Assembly: GCA_038057075.1 (NCBI GenBank)
Contig: JBBUDV010000006.1
Coordinates: 2,216-66,215 of the forward strand
DNA from: Patescibacteria group bacterium
Lineage (GTDB): Bacteria > Patescibacteriota > Minisyncoccia > UBA6257 > UBA9933
Length of the DNA stretch: 64,000 nucleotides
Direction of reading: 5' to 3'
Shown: piece after piece, positions 37,510 to 47,144 of the stretch
Numbering within the stretch: the first letter of the stretch is position 1
Layout: every line of letters starts with the position of its first letter
The notes under the pieces: generated by a model
Seen by the model: the letters and a program-made list of their open reading frames with translations, nothing else
Told to the model about the DNA's origin: nothing
Database searches by the model: none
Translations under genes and position numbers: made by a program

Positions 37510-38544
37510 TTAATTAATGTCCAACGGCTTCAATGGCAATGTGAATAAATGGGAATAATTATCAATGTTTTCCGCGATAATGCCCGTGCCCCGCACAACC
37601 GCGGTCAAAGGGTCGTCAACCACCGTCACAGACACCGCAATTTCTTTTTCAATCAACTCGTCAAGCCCCCTAAGCAAACTTCCGCCACCGCAAAGAAAAA
37701 TTCCCTTTTCAAGAATGTCGCCAACCAATTCGGGCGGCGTTTTTTCAATGATTTCCTTTATGGAATCAGTCACTAAACGCAATGATTTTGAAATCGCGGC
37801 TCTCACTTGAGTATTTTTTAAAATAATTTCCTTGGGCAAACCGGTGGTCATTTCCCTGCCTCTGACGGCGATTTCCAGTTTTTCATCAAGCGGAATGGCC
37901 GAACCCACCGCTTTTTTTACTTCTTCGGCGGTCGGTTCGCCAATAACAAGCTTGAATTCGTCTCTCATAAATTTAACGATATCGTCGTTAAATTTGTCGC
38001 CCGCGATTTTCAAACTCTTGGAGATAACGGTTCCGTTCATTGAAATGACGGCTATATCCGTTGTTCCGCCGCCGATGTCAACCAACATCGTCGCTGACGC
38101 TTCTTCAATCGGAAGCCGCGCGCCCAAAGCCGCTGCCAGCGGTTCTTCAATAAGATAGGCCCTGGTTGCTCCCGCGGTTATAACCGCATCCTCAACGGAT
38201 TTTCTTTCCACCTCGGTCAAATTCGGCGGAATGCCGATTACAGCGCGATAATAATTAAAAACGCCTCTGCTGTTTGTTTTTTTTAAAAAATAGCGTATCA
38301 ATTCCTGGGTCATCTCAAAATCCGAAATAACGCCATTGATAAGCGGCTTTATGACGGAAATATGAGCCGGGGTCCTGCCAATCATTTTTTTGGCTTCATG
38401 TCCGATAGCCACAATCTGACCGGTCTTATTATTGATAGCGACGACTGACGGCTCGTCCGCCATAATTCCTTTTTCCTTAATATATAAAAGAGAATTGGCC
38501 GTGCCCAAATCAAGTCCCACGTCTTTTTTGAAATAATTGAACAT
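37510..38544 (-). CDS. mreB: Rod shape-determining protein MreB
   Basis: DLGTAN, EPSVVA, VDIGGGTTD, GGGSLL.GL. Confidence 0.95.
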   Translation of the reverse strand: MFNYFKKDVGLDLGTANSLLYIKEKGIMADEPSVVAINNKTGQIVAIGHEAKKMIGRTPAHISVIKPLINGVISDFEMTQELIRYFLKKTNSRGVFNYYRAVIGIPPNLTEVERKSVEDAVITAGATRAYLIEEPLAAALGARLPIEEASATMLVDIGGGTTDIAVISMNGTVISKSLKIAGDKFNDDIVKFMRDEFKLVIGEPTAEEVKKAVGSAIPLDEKLEIAVRGREMTTGLPKEIILKNTQVRAAISKSLRLVTDSIKEIIEKTPPELVGDILEKGIFLCGGGSLLRGLDELIEKEIAVSVTVVDDPLTAVVRGTGIIAENIDNYSHLFTLPLKPLDIN

Positions 38545-38561
38545 AAAATGGTACTTGGTAA

Positions 38562-39809
38562 TTAGAAATTGGTAATTGTTTTAATTAATTCCTTTCCGCT
38601 CACTAATTTAATTTTTTCTTCGTTTCTCTTTTTAATTTCTATTTTCTCTCCGGTTTTTTCGCTGATTACCGCCCTTAACGGAATGCCGATTAAATCGCTG
38701 TCCGCGAATTTTTCGCCCGCGCTCGTTTCCTTTCTGTCATCATATAATACTTCAATTCCCGATTTTTTCAAATCAACATAAACTTCTTCGGCAAACCCCG
38801 AGACCTTTTCATTTTCCGGCTTAAGATTTATAAGATGAATATGAAACGGCGCCACGGACTCGGGCCAAATAACGCCTTTATCGTCATGATAAACCTCGGC
38901 GATGGTTCCCATAATTCGGTTAAGCCCGATGCCGTAACAGCCCATTATAACGTCCTGTTCTTTTCCATCCGCGTCTTTATAAACAAGATTAAACGGTTTT
39001 GAATATTTAGTTTTGAGTTTAAAAATGTTCCCGACTTCAATCGCCCGCTTTTCCTTTAAATTTTTATTGCCGCATTGCGGACAAACATTTTGTTCATTAA
39101 TAATTTCTTTATTAACCGCAACCCCGCATTTTTCGCAAAGATAAATCGTATCTTCTCCGGTTTCCGCCAATGTTTGAAATTCATGAGAATATTTTGAAAA
39201 ACTTCCTCCGGACGCATACGTTAAATGTGTCAAATCGCCCAAACCGAGTTTCTTAAAAATCCTTTCATACGCCTTGCTCGCTCTTTCATAATATTCTTCC
39301 ATATCCTTTTCGTCCCTGTGAAACGAATAAAGGTCTTTCATAAAAAACTCCCTGCCTCTTAAAAGGCCTGATTTTGCCCTTTTTTCGTCCCTAAATTTGT
39401 TCTGAATTTGAAAAACCGCGGTCGGCAAATCCTTATAGGAAAATATGAATTTTTTAAGCAATGGAGCCGCTATTTCTTCATGAGTCGGCCCGAGCGCGTA
39501 ATCAATTTTTGAATAAAAACTGGTGAATTTAAAAAGTGAATCATAGGTTTTCCACCTTTCGGTCTGTTCCCAATTGCTTTTTGGCTGAAGAGACGGCATC
39601 AAAATTTCCTGCGCGCCCAAGTCCGCCATTTCCTCGCGGATGATATTTTCTATTTTTTTAAAAACCCTGAAGCCAAGAGGTAAAAACGTGTAAACGCCGG
39701 CCATTAATTTATCCACAAATCCGCCGCGAATTAAAAGCTGGGCGTTTATTGCCTCCTCGTCTTTCGGCGCCTCGCGTCTGGTTTTAGTAAAAAGTTGTGA
39801 TTGACGCAT
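38562..39809 (-). CDS. proS: Prolyl-tRNA synthetase (short form, no editing domain)
   Basis: MRQSQLF, LGPTHEE, FRDEKR, REF.MKDLYSF, MGCYGIG. Confidence 0.93.
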   Translation of the reverse strand: MRQSQLFTKTRREAPKDEEAINAQLLIRGGFVDKLMAGVYTFLPLGFRVFKKIENIIREEMADLGAQEILMPSLQPKSNWEQTERWKTYDSLFKFTSFYSKIDYALGPTHEEIAAPLLKKFIFSYKDLPTAVFQIQNKFRDEKRAKSGLLRGREFFMKDLYSFHRDEKDMEEYYERASKAYERIFKKLGLGDLTHLTYASGGSFSKYSHEFQTLAETGEDTIYLCEKCGVAVNKEIINEQNVCPQCGNKNLKEKRAIEVGNIFKLKTKYSKPFNLVYKDADGKEQDVIMGCYGIGLNRIMGTIAEVYHDDKGVIWPESVAPFHIHLINLKPENEKVSGFAEEVYVDLKKSGIEVLYDDRKETSAGEKFADSDLIGIPLRAVISEKTGEKIEIKKRNEEKIKLVSGKELIKTITNF

Positions 39810-39833
39810 GTTTAAAAACTAATAATTTTTTTG

Positions 39834-39905
39834 TGCCTCAGAATGGAGTCGAACCATTGTTTGAGCGTTATGAGTGCTCTGTTCTAACCGTTGAACTACA
39901 GAGGC
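39834..39905 (-). tRNA. tRNA with CAT anticodon (elongator Met or Ile2)
   Basis: GCCTCTG/CTGAGGC acceptor, CT-CAT-AA loop, TTCGACT; CCA not encoded. Confidence 0.8.
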
Positions 39906-40013
39906 AGCTACGCCGACTTTCATTTATTAAGTATAACCCAACCTGTTTTGATTTTTCAAGAAAATAAAAAATTAAACTCTTTACTAATAAGTGATTATCA
40001 TTTAATATATACC

Positions 40014-40085
40014 CGCGGGGTAGAGCATCGGTAGCTCGCAAGGCTCATAACCTTGAGGCAGTAGGTTCAATTCCTACCCCCGCAA
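40014..40085 (+). tRNA. Initiator tRNA-fMet(CAT)
   Basis: CGCGGGG 5' end with C1:A72 mismatch, CAAGG-CTCATAA-CCTTG arm. Confidence 0.92.
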
Positions 40086-40087
40086 CA

Positions 40088-40543
40088 ATGGATAATAGAG
40101 AAAAAATCTCCAAACTCATAGAAATCGCAAAAGGTTTAATCGGAACTCCCTATAAATACGGCGCTTATCTGGAACAAAATAATGGGGCGTTGGCATTTGA
40201 TTGTTCCTCTTTTGTCCAACACGTTTTTAAGCAAATAGAAATTGAACTCCCCCGCTCTTCAGTTCTTCAAGCCGTTGCTCCAGGCCAAGAAATAAAAAAT
40301 TTGGAACTAGCCAAACCGGCTGATTTGATATTTTTTGAAGGAAATCGCGGCCATTACAGACATGATTTATTCCCAAATAGAAAAATTTATATTGGCCATC
40401 TGGGAATTTATCTCGGCAATGACGAAATAATACATGCCACTAATAACAGCAGCGCCTCCGGCGTGGTTATTCAAAAAATTTCAGAGCTTCAAAAAGAATT
40501 CCCCGAAGCGTATAAAATAGTGATGATAAAAAGATTTATATAG
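40088..40543 (+). CDS. NlpC/P60 (C40) peptidase
   Basis: GTPYKYG, FDCSSFV, LPRSS..Q, GHLGIY, IIHA. Confidence 0.92.
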   Translation: MDNREKISKLIEIAKGLIGTPYKYGAYLEQNNGALAFDCSSFVQHVFKQIEIELPRSSVLQAVAPGQEIKNLELAKPADLIFFEGNRGHYRHDLFPNRKIYIGHLGIYLGNDEIIHATNNSSASGVVIQKISELQKEFPEAYKIVMIKRFI

Positions 40544-40548
40544 CAAGC

Positions 40549-40582
40549 AAAACACTGATATACTTAAGTATATCAGTGTTTT
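40549..40582. repeat. 34-bp perfect palindrome / probable terminator
   Basis: AAAACACTGATATACTT|AAGTATATCAGTGTTTT just after the NlpC/P60 stop. Confidence 0.75.
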
Positions 40583-41068
40583 TTAATATTTCCCGCGCTA
40601 TCTTTAAAGATAGCAAAGATAATTTGATTCTTTATAAAATAAAAGACCCCTGCCAAACTCCGTTGGCAGGGGTACGCCTTGTGTTCTTCGCGGCCACTGG
40701 CGCTGTAGTGGCCACGTATATCCCTGTTTCTCTATCCCCAAAACCGGGAATCGTTTATGAGGGGACAGCCAGCTGTTAACATACTGCTTCGTTTGGCCCG
40801 CTGTGACGACCATCCAAAATCTTAAAACAATTAATTTTTAAAGTGCTTTATTATCGTCCTGTACCCCGTAGGCTATGAAAGACGACAACCATCAACTCTA
40901 ACCCTTAAGTATCAAACGCTTCTTTTTAAGGGGGCGTTTTTAAGGACTTCATTAGGTGATGTTAACAATAATATAACAAACTTCAAATTAAAAGTCAATA
41001 GCTGAAAAACAAGGTAAATTCAGCTTATTTTTCTTGATTTTAAAGGTCTTCTTTGATACCTTTACAAA

Positions 41069-42532
41069 ATGGCGCAAAATCAGGGAAAAAACTTAATAAC
41101 CCGCCCGCCGATTGTCGTTGTAATGGGCCATGTTGACCACGGAAAAACCACTTTATTGGACAACATTAAGAAAACAAATTTGGCCGCTAAAGAAGCCGGC
41201 GGAATTACGCAATCAATCGGAGCTTATGAAATTAAACACGAGGGTAAAAAAATTACCTTTATAGATACTCCCGGACACGAGGCGTTTTCAAAAATGCGAG
41301 CCCGCGGAGCCAAAATCGCGGACTTGGCAATTTTGGTCGTGGCCGCTGATGATAGCGTTCAACCGCAGACAAAAGAATCAATCAATATCTTAAACGAAAC
41401 AAAAACGCCGTTTATCGTTGCAATAAATAAAATAGACAAACCCAACGCCGATATTGAAAAAACCAAAAACGATTTGATGCAAAATAACGTTTTTTTGGAA
41501 GGCGCGGGCGGCAACGTGTCTTGGCATAAAATTTCCGCCAAAAGCGGAGAAGGCATTAACGAACTTTTAGATTTAATTTTATTGGCCGCGGAATTGGAAA
41601 ATTTGACTTACGACCCCGATGTTTCGGCAAAAGGAATTATTATTGAAGCCAAACTGGACAGCCGTAGAGGCATTACCGCCTCGGCGATAATTGAAAACGG
41701 CATTTTAAAAGTCGGAAACCACATTGCGACTAAAACCGCCTGCGGAAAGATAAAGTCCTTGGGAAACTTCATTGGAGAACCGGTAAGCCAGCTTGAACCC
41801 TCGGCTCCGGCCTTGATTTTGGGTTTTGAAACATTGCCCGAAATCGGCGAAGAATTCATGACGGGAGAAATCGCGCTTTCCAAAACTGAAACTAAAAAAG
41901 AAATCACAATCCGGCCCAAAGCCGAAATTAAAACAAAAGAAACCAGGCCTCAATTGAATCTCATTATTAAAGCGGACGTAAGCGGCTCTTTGGAAGCGTT
42001 AAGCGGAATCGTCAAAAACCTTAATCAAGAAAAAATCAAAATTAACGTTCTGGAAGAACAAGTCGGCGAAATCACCGATGGCGACGTAAAATCCGCCGGC
42101 GACAATAACTCCATAATAATCGGCTTTAACGTCAAAACAACCAAAGCCGCTGAAAATCTGGCTCGCGCCCGAGAAATAAAAATCGTCACCAGTAAAATCA
42201 TCTATGAAATTATTCAAATGATTGAAAAAGAAATGGAAGCGATTGAAAAACCGGCGCCTTTGGCCGAGATAGAAATTCTTTCAATTTTCAGCCAAAAAGA
42301 CAAAAAACAATTAGTTGGCGGAAAAGTCGCAAGCGGAACGCTTAAAAAGAACATATCAGTTAAAATTTTAAGGCAGAATGAAGAAATCGGCTCCGGCAAA
42401 ATAACCAGCTTAAAATCGTTTAAGCAGGAAGTTAATCAAATCCTTTCGCCTAACGAAGGCGGCATTATGATTGAATCGGTAACAATAATAATTGTCGGCG
42501 ACCGCTTAATTGTTGAAGCTCCTAAAAAATAA
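41069..42532 (+). CDS. infB: Translation initiation factor IF-2 (short form)
   Basis: [43 protein letters not shown]. Confidence 0.96.
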   Translation: MAQNQGKNLITRPPIVVVMGHVDHGKTTLLDNIKKTNLAAKEAGGITQSIGAYEIKHEGKKITFIDTPGHEAFSKMRARGAKIADLAILVVAADDSVQPQTKESINILNETKTPFIVAINKIDKPNADIEKTKNDLMQNNVFLEGAGGNVSWHKISAKSGEGINELLDLILLAAELENLTYDPDVSAKGIIIEAKLDSRRGITASAIIENGILKVGNHIATKTACGKIKSLGNFIGEPVSQLEPSAPALILGFETLPEIGEEFMTGEIALSKTETKKEITIRPKAEIKTKETRPQLNLIIKADVSGSLEALSGIVKNLNQEKIKINVLEEQVGEITDGDVKSAGDNNSIIIGFNVKTTKAAENLARAREIKIVTSKIIYEIIQMIEKEMEAIEKPAPLAEIEILSIFSQKDKKQLVGGKVASGTLKKNISVKILRQNEEIGSGKITSLKSFKQEVNQILSPNEGGIMIESVTIIIVGDRLIVEAPKK

Positions 42533-42535
42533 CCA

Positions 42536-42877
42536 ATGAAGCAACGCAAGGAACGCCTTAACAGTTTAATACGCGAGGAATTGGCGAAAATAATAATAAA
42601 AGAATTGGAATTCCCAAACGCGTTGGTAACCATAACAGAGGTTGAGACCTCAAATGATTTTGAAATCGCCATTGTAAATTTCAGCGTCATCCCCTTTGAA
42701 AAAAGCGAAGAAGTTTTAAAGGAGCTCAACGCCAAGCATAATTATCTTTATCACCTTTTAAGAAAAAAAATTAGAATTAATATGCTCCCGAATATAAGAT
42801 TTAAAATTGATACGGGAATAGCCCAGGCCGCCAAAATAGAAAAGATTTTAATAGAAGAAGAAAACAAACACAAATAA
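42536..42877 (+). CDS. rbfA: Ribosome-binding factor A
   Basis: R.ERL..LIREELA.II, VTITEVE.S.D, P.IRF..D; follows infB. Confidence 0.9.
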   Translation: MKQRKERLNSLIREELAKIIIKELEFPNALVTITEVETSNDFEIAIVNFSVIPFEKSEEVLKELNAKHNYLYHLLRKKIRINMLPNIRFKIDTGIAQAAKIEKILIEEENKHK

Positions 42878-42910
42878 AAAACATCCTGAAAAGGATGTTT
42901 TTTATTTGTG

Positions 42911-42998
42911 TGGTGCCCGGGGTGGGAGTCGAACCCACATGTCCTTGCGAACAAAGGATTTTAAGTCCTTCGCGTATAACCAGTTCCGCCACCCGGGC
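42911..42998 (-). tRNA. tRNA-Leu(TAA)
   Basis: GCCCGGG acceptor, AAGGA-CTTAAAA-TCCTT arm, long variable arm, CCA. Confidence 0.93.
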
Positions 42999-43007
42999 AA
43001 AAATACG

Positions 43008-43079
43008 AGGCCTGGGGGAGAATCGAACTCCCGCATAAGGGTTTTGCAGACCCTCGCTTTACCACTTAGCAACCAGGCC
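43008..43079 (-). tRNA. tRNA-Cys(GCA)
   Basis: GGCCTGG acceptor, AGGGT-CTGCAAA-ACCCT arm, U discriminator. Confidence 0.92.
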
Positions 43080-43118
43080 GATTTAATAAAATATAATAAA
43101 AAATCAATAAAATCGCAA

Positions 43119-43577
43119 CTATTTTATCACCCAAATCGCGGCTAAAACAACCACAATCTGGCTGGCATATCCAATCCATTTATGAATACTCATCTTTCTG
43201 AAAAAATGAAGCGCGGTATGATATTTATAAAGCGTTTTTAAAAATCGGAAATTAAAAACAAAACCCAGAAAACTGAAAATGTCCGGCAAAATCCCAAAAA
43301 ACATTCCAGTCAAAATATAACTCACATCAGTATAATTTTTAGTTAAAAAAATAATCATTAAAAATCCAAGCGAAAAATCAACGCCGATCTTAGCCAAATC
43401 AAAAAACAACTTTCTCCTGCCTTTGATTTTACGCTTTAAAGCCGGAATATCGTATTCCGCGTGAGGAATAACGTCTAAAATAAAATGGCTTATCAAAGCC
43501 AAAACAGCCGCGAGCCAATAATTATCAGTTTGTGAGCCGATTGCGGCTCCGGCCAAAAGATGGGGGGTTATTATCAT
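43119..43577 (-). CDS. Membrane protein, putative metal-dependent hydrolase
   Basis: TPHLLAGAAIG, SHFILD.IPH, ILPD, H..LH. Confidence 0.65.
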   Translation of the reverse strand: MIITPHLLAGAAIGSQTDNYWLAAVLALISHFILDVIPHAEYDIPALKRKIKGRRKLFFDLAKIGVDFSLGFLMIIFLTKNYTDVSYILTGMFFGILPDIFSFLGFVFNFRFLKTLYKYHTALHFFRKMSIHKWIGYASQIVVVLAAIWVIK

Positions 43578-43579
43578 GC

Positions 43580-43733
43580 CAATGTTGTAATAATTTTATG
43601 AAGCTCAATGCTGAAATAAAATTATTTTACAACATTGAGCACCCAGCACCTATTTTATTTAAAATAGGTGCTGGGTTAAGGTTTTGTAGATGAATTTTCT
43701 GCGGCTGTCGCCTTGAAAATTCATACAAAGCCC
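43580..43733. repeat. Three abutting long inverted repeats
   Basis: Hairpins 43580-43637, 43641-43676 (17-bp perfect arms) and 43680-43733 fill the intergenic gap. Confidence 0.75.
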
Positions 43734-43734
43734 T

Positions 43735-45771
43735 TTATCTGATGTCCGCTCCAAATTCATTTCTCAAAACTGCTTCTATCTTTACCATTTCATTATTAAC
43801 TTCTTTATCCGTCAAAGTTTTGTCCGGCGCCTGAAAAACAATTCTGAAAGTCAAACTCCTTTTATCGTTGATTTTTTCCCCCTCGTATTCGTCCATCAAA
43901 TCAACGTCGTCAATATGTTTCAAATCGGCAGTTTGTATTGATTGAATTATATTCCCCACTTTAGCCGTTTTATCAACCAAAATTGAAATGTCGCGCATCA
44001 TTGAAGGATATTTTGAGAGAGGCAAATACTCATGTTCGCCTTCAACAAGTTTCAGCAACCCTTCCAAATCAAACTCCGCAACCGCGATTTTCCAATCAGC
44101 CAAATCCCCCGATGATTTTAACTTGCCCAAATATCCGATTTGTTTTTCTTTGGATTCAATCTTTAAAATCTCGCCCTGTTTCAAATATCCCTCCGTAAAA
44201 TCCTTTATCCAATCGGAATCACTTATTTCCAAAAAATCAAAATCAACCAAACCGACTCTTTTAAATAATTCCGCGAGAACGCCTTTTAATTCAAATAATT
44301 TTTCTTCCGTCTTTGAAGCCAAAACTATTCCCGCGGAAAAAAGTTCGTTTATCTTGTTTGATTCCCCTGATTTGAAAAATACTTTCCCCAATTCAAAAAT
44401 CCGGATTTCGCCAAAAAATCTGCCGTTATCATCAATGTTTTTAATAAGATTGACTGCCAGATTGGGCCTTAAATACTCATATTCCTTGCTTATCGGATTT
44501 TCCAATTCAACCAGACGATAATTTTTGGCCTTAAAAAAATTATTTGCGGGCGTAAAAGAATGATTATAAACTTCGTTTAATCCCAAACCGGCCAAAACTT
44601 TTCTTATCTTGTCTTTTAAAACAATTTTATCCTCAAAACCGGAAGAAACAATATGGAGGCGCGGCGCTCTGGCTTTTAATTTGTTATACCCGTAAAGACG
44701 GACAACTTCTTCAAATAAATCCTCCGGATTTTTAATATCAGTTCTTACGGCGGGCGCCTTGACCAAAAAATCGGAATTGGCCAATGTCTTAATTATTTTA
44801 AAATCCAAAAGTTCCAAATATTTTCGGATTGTTTTTAAACCAAAATCAGCGCCGATAAATTTGTTGAATTTTTCAACTTCAAATTTCAAAATTTTCGCCG
44901 GCTGTTTTTTGGAATAAACGTCTATTAAAACTCCTTCCGCGGCTCCGCATAATTCTTTAAGCAGTTCCCCTGCTCTGATAAGCCCATTTTTGGCGAGTTC
45001 AGGACTTATCCCTCTGGAAAATCTCATTGAGGCATCGGTTATAAGCCCTAATTTTCTTGAACCTGAATAGATATTGGCGGAATCAAAATTGGCCGATTCC
45101 ACCACAATTCTTTTTGTATTCATTCCGACTTCAGCCAGCTTGCCGCCTTTAATTCCCGCGATCGCCAACGATTTTTTCTCGTCAGCTATCACTAAAATAT
45201 CTTTATTTAGATTAATATGCTGATTGTCCAAAGTCGTGATTTTCTCCCCGCCTTTCGCCTTTCGCGCGACAATTTTCTTTATCCCCGACTTCTTATCTTT
45301 AACGCCTAATTTATCGTAGTCAAACGCGTGTATGGGCTGGCCAGTTTCAAGCATCGCATAATTCATAATATCCACTATCGTATTAATAGGCCGCATTCCG
45401 CAATTAATTAAAATGTTTTTCATCCACACGGGCGTCTTTTTCATCTTGCCCAAATCAAAATATTGAGCCATATATCTGGAACACAATTTTTTGTCTTTAA
45501 TCTCAACTCTGAAATTCGCTTTTGCCCTGGTTTTATGTTTCTGAATTTCCGATAAATTGTATTTGAATTTCCTGCCTAAAGCCGCGGAAATTTCCCGCGC
45601 AAGCCCGATATGGCCGGCGGCGTCATACCTGTTTGGCGGAAGTTTTATATCAATCGCATTGCCCTTAAAACTATCAATTTCAAAAGCGTAAAGAGCCAAC
45701 TTTTCAGAAAGCTCTTTTTTACCTTTTATCTGCGGAACTAATTTTTTTAATAATTTATAGCTGAATTTCAT
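43735..45771 (-). CDS. pheT: Phenylalanyl-tRNA synthetase beta subunit (lacks B2 OB-fold)
   Basis: PPNRYD...GLAREI about 45 aa from the start, B3/4 GQPIHAFD, B5, FDX-ACB RDISI...SLTFRI. Confidence 0.93.
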   Translation of the reverse strand: MKFSYKLLKKLVPQIKGKKELSEKLALYAFEIDSFKGNAIDIKLPPNRYDAAGHIGLAREISAALGRKFKYNLSEIQKHKTRAKANFRVEIKDKKLCSRYMAQYFDLGKMKKTPVWMKNILINCGMRPINTIVDIMNYAMLETGQPIHAFDYDKLGVKDKKSGIKKIVARKAKGGEKITTLDNQHINLNKDILVIADEKKSLAIAGIKGGKLAEVGMNTKRIVVESANFDSANIYSGSRKLGLITDASMRFSRGISPELAKNGLIRAGELLKELCGAAEGVLIDVYSKKQPAKILKFEVEKFNKFIGADFGLKTIRKYLELLDFKIIKTLANSDFLVKAPAVRTDIKNPEDLFEEVVRLYGYNKLKARAPRLHIVSSGFEDKIVLKDKIRKVLAGLGLNEVYNHSFTPANNFFKAKNYRLVELENPISKEYEYLRPNLAVNLIKNIDDNGRFFGEIRIFELGKVFFKSGESNKINELFSAGIVLASKTEEKLFELKGVLAELFKRVGLVDFDFLEISDSDWIKDFTEGYLKQGEILKIESKEKQIGYLGKLKSSGDLADWKIAVAEFDLEGLLKLVEGEHEYLPLSKYPSMMRDISILVDKTAKVGNIIQSIQTADLKHIDDVDLMDEYEGEKINDKRSLTFRIVFQAPDKTLTDKEVNNEMVKIEAVLRNEFGADIR

Positions 45772-45898
45772 CCCTCACCCTTCAAATATTTATTTTATAA
45801 ATTTATTAAAATTTATAAAATGGAATAATTGAAGTTTTAATTTATTATCATTTTTTACCCCCTGCCTTTTAAATTTTTTTATCTTTGAAGGGTGAGGG
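45772..45898. mobile_element. MITE-like element, TIR family B, copy 2 (pheS-pheT junction)
   Basis: AT|CCCTCACCCTTCAAA...TTTGAAGGGTGAGGG|AT; removal restores a TAATG overlap. Confidence 0.8.
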
Positions 45899-45899
45899 A

Positions 45900-46895
45900 T
45901 TAAAATTGTTTGATAAATCTTAAATCACCCGAATAAAACAATCTGATGTCCGGAATTTTGTATTTAATCATCGCCAAACGGTCTATGCCCATCCCAAAGG
46001 CAAACCCCTGCCATTCGTTCGAATTGTATCTTACCGCGTCAAAAACGTTTCTATGCACCATGCCCGCTCCCATCACTTCCAGCCAACCGCCTTTATCCAG
46101 TTTAATATCAACCTCAACCCCCGGTTCAACGAATGGAAAATAACTCGGCCTAAACCGAAATTCTATTTTTTGCCCCTTAAAAAACTTTTTGAAAAATTCT
46201 TCAATGACAAATTTGAAATTTGCCAGCGAAACATCTTTGCCAACCATTAAACCCTCCAACTGATAAAAATTTATTTCATGGGAAGCATCAGTCGCTTCAT
46301 ATCTAAAAACCCTTCCCGGCGCGATTATCTGAAAAGGCGGATTATACTTTTCCATATATCTTATTTGAACCGGGCTGGTGTGAGTTCTTAAAAGCAGTCG
46401 GTTTTTGGTTTTCGCCTGCTTAAGCCAAAAAGTATCCCACATTTCCCGCGACGGATGATTTTGCGGAATATTTAACGCGTCAAAATTATATTGCTCATTC
46501 TCAACTTCCGGACCTTCAACAATGGAAAAATTCATTGAAGAAAATATCTGATTCATTTCATCTTCAACTTTCGCCAATATATGAATATGGCCTGATTCAA
46601 TTTTTTTAGCCGGCTTGGTGATATCCAAAACCGGCGCCATTAATGAACGCCTGTAATTAAGGTCGTCAATTTTTTCCTGAACCAAATCCTGAATTTCCTT
46701 TCTTATGGCATTTGCCTTGGCGCCGATTTCGCGGCGCTCTTCAACGGATAAATTCTTGAGCGAGCCCAAAATTTCGGTTAATTCGCTTTTCCTGCCCAGA
46801 TACTTAACGCGAATTTTTCCAAAATCCTTAAAATTTCTGATTTCGTCAATTTCTTTTATAAATTCCTGCCGGATTTTTTGAAGCTTTTCAATCAT
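45900..46895 (-). CDS. pheS: Phenylalanyl-tRNA synthetase alpha subunit
   Basis: NFDALNIP..HP.R, LLRTHTSPVQIR, FRPSYFPFVEPG, GFAFGMG.DR. Confidence 0.96.
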   Translation of the reverse strand: MIEKLQKIRQEFIKEIDEIRNFKDFGKIRVKYLGRKSELTEILGSLKNLSVEERREIGAKANAIRKEIQDLVQEKIDDLNYRRSLMAPVLDITKPAKKIESGHIHILAKVEDEMNQIFSSMNFSIVEGPEVENEQYNFDALNIPQNHPSREMWDTFWLKQAKTKNRLLLRTHTSPVQIRYMEKYNPPFQIIAPGRVFRYEATDASHEINFYQLEGLMVGKDVSLANFKFVIEEFFKKFFKGQKIEFRFRPSYFPFVEPGVEVDIKLDKGGWLEVMGAGMVHRNVFDAVRYNSNEWQGFAFGMGIDRLAMIKYKIPDIRLFYSGDLRFIKQF

Positions 46896-47017
46896 TAAAT
46901 AAAATTATAATCCATTTATTTTTAATGTTCAATCTTGATAAATTGCCGTAATGCGTTATATTTTAAGAAGTTGATTATAAATTATCTGTTATAGGTTATT
47001 AGTTATTAGTTTATCCT

Positions 47018-47105
47018 GGAGGGTTCGCATAGTGGTCTAGTGCGTCCGCTTGGAAAGCGGATATGCCGAAAGGCATCACAGGTTCAAATCCTGTACCCTC
47101 CGCCA
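47018..47105 (+). tRNA. tRNA-Ser(GGA)
   Basis: GGAGGGT acceptor, TCCGC-TTGGAAA-GCGGA arm, long variable arm, CCA. Confidence 0.94.
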
Positions 47106-47144
47106 ATAAAATCCGCCCATAAGGCGGATTTTACATGTTGATTC

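Noticed and set aside
40604-40813. 69-aa minus-strand ORF
   Set aside because: No SD, no motif, and it crosses the terminator; region reported as a candidate RNA instead
42751-43145. Short ORFs over the tRNA-Leu/tRNA-Cys region
   Set aside because: Translations of tRNA genes
41069-45771. Short IF-2 and PheT as pseudogenes
   Set aside because: Frames are intact with all catalytic motifs; loss of the IF-2 N-domain and PheT B2 domain fits genome streamlining
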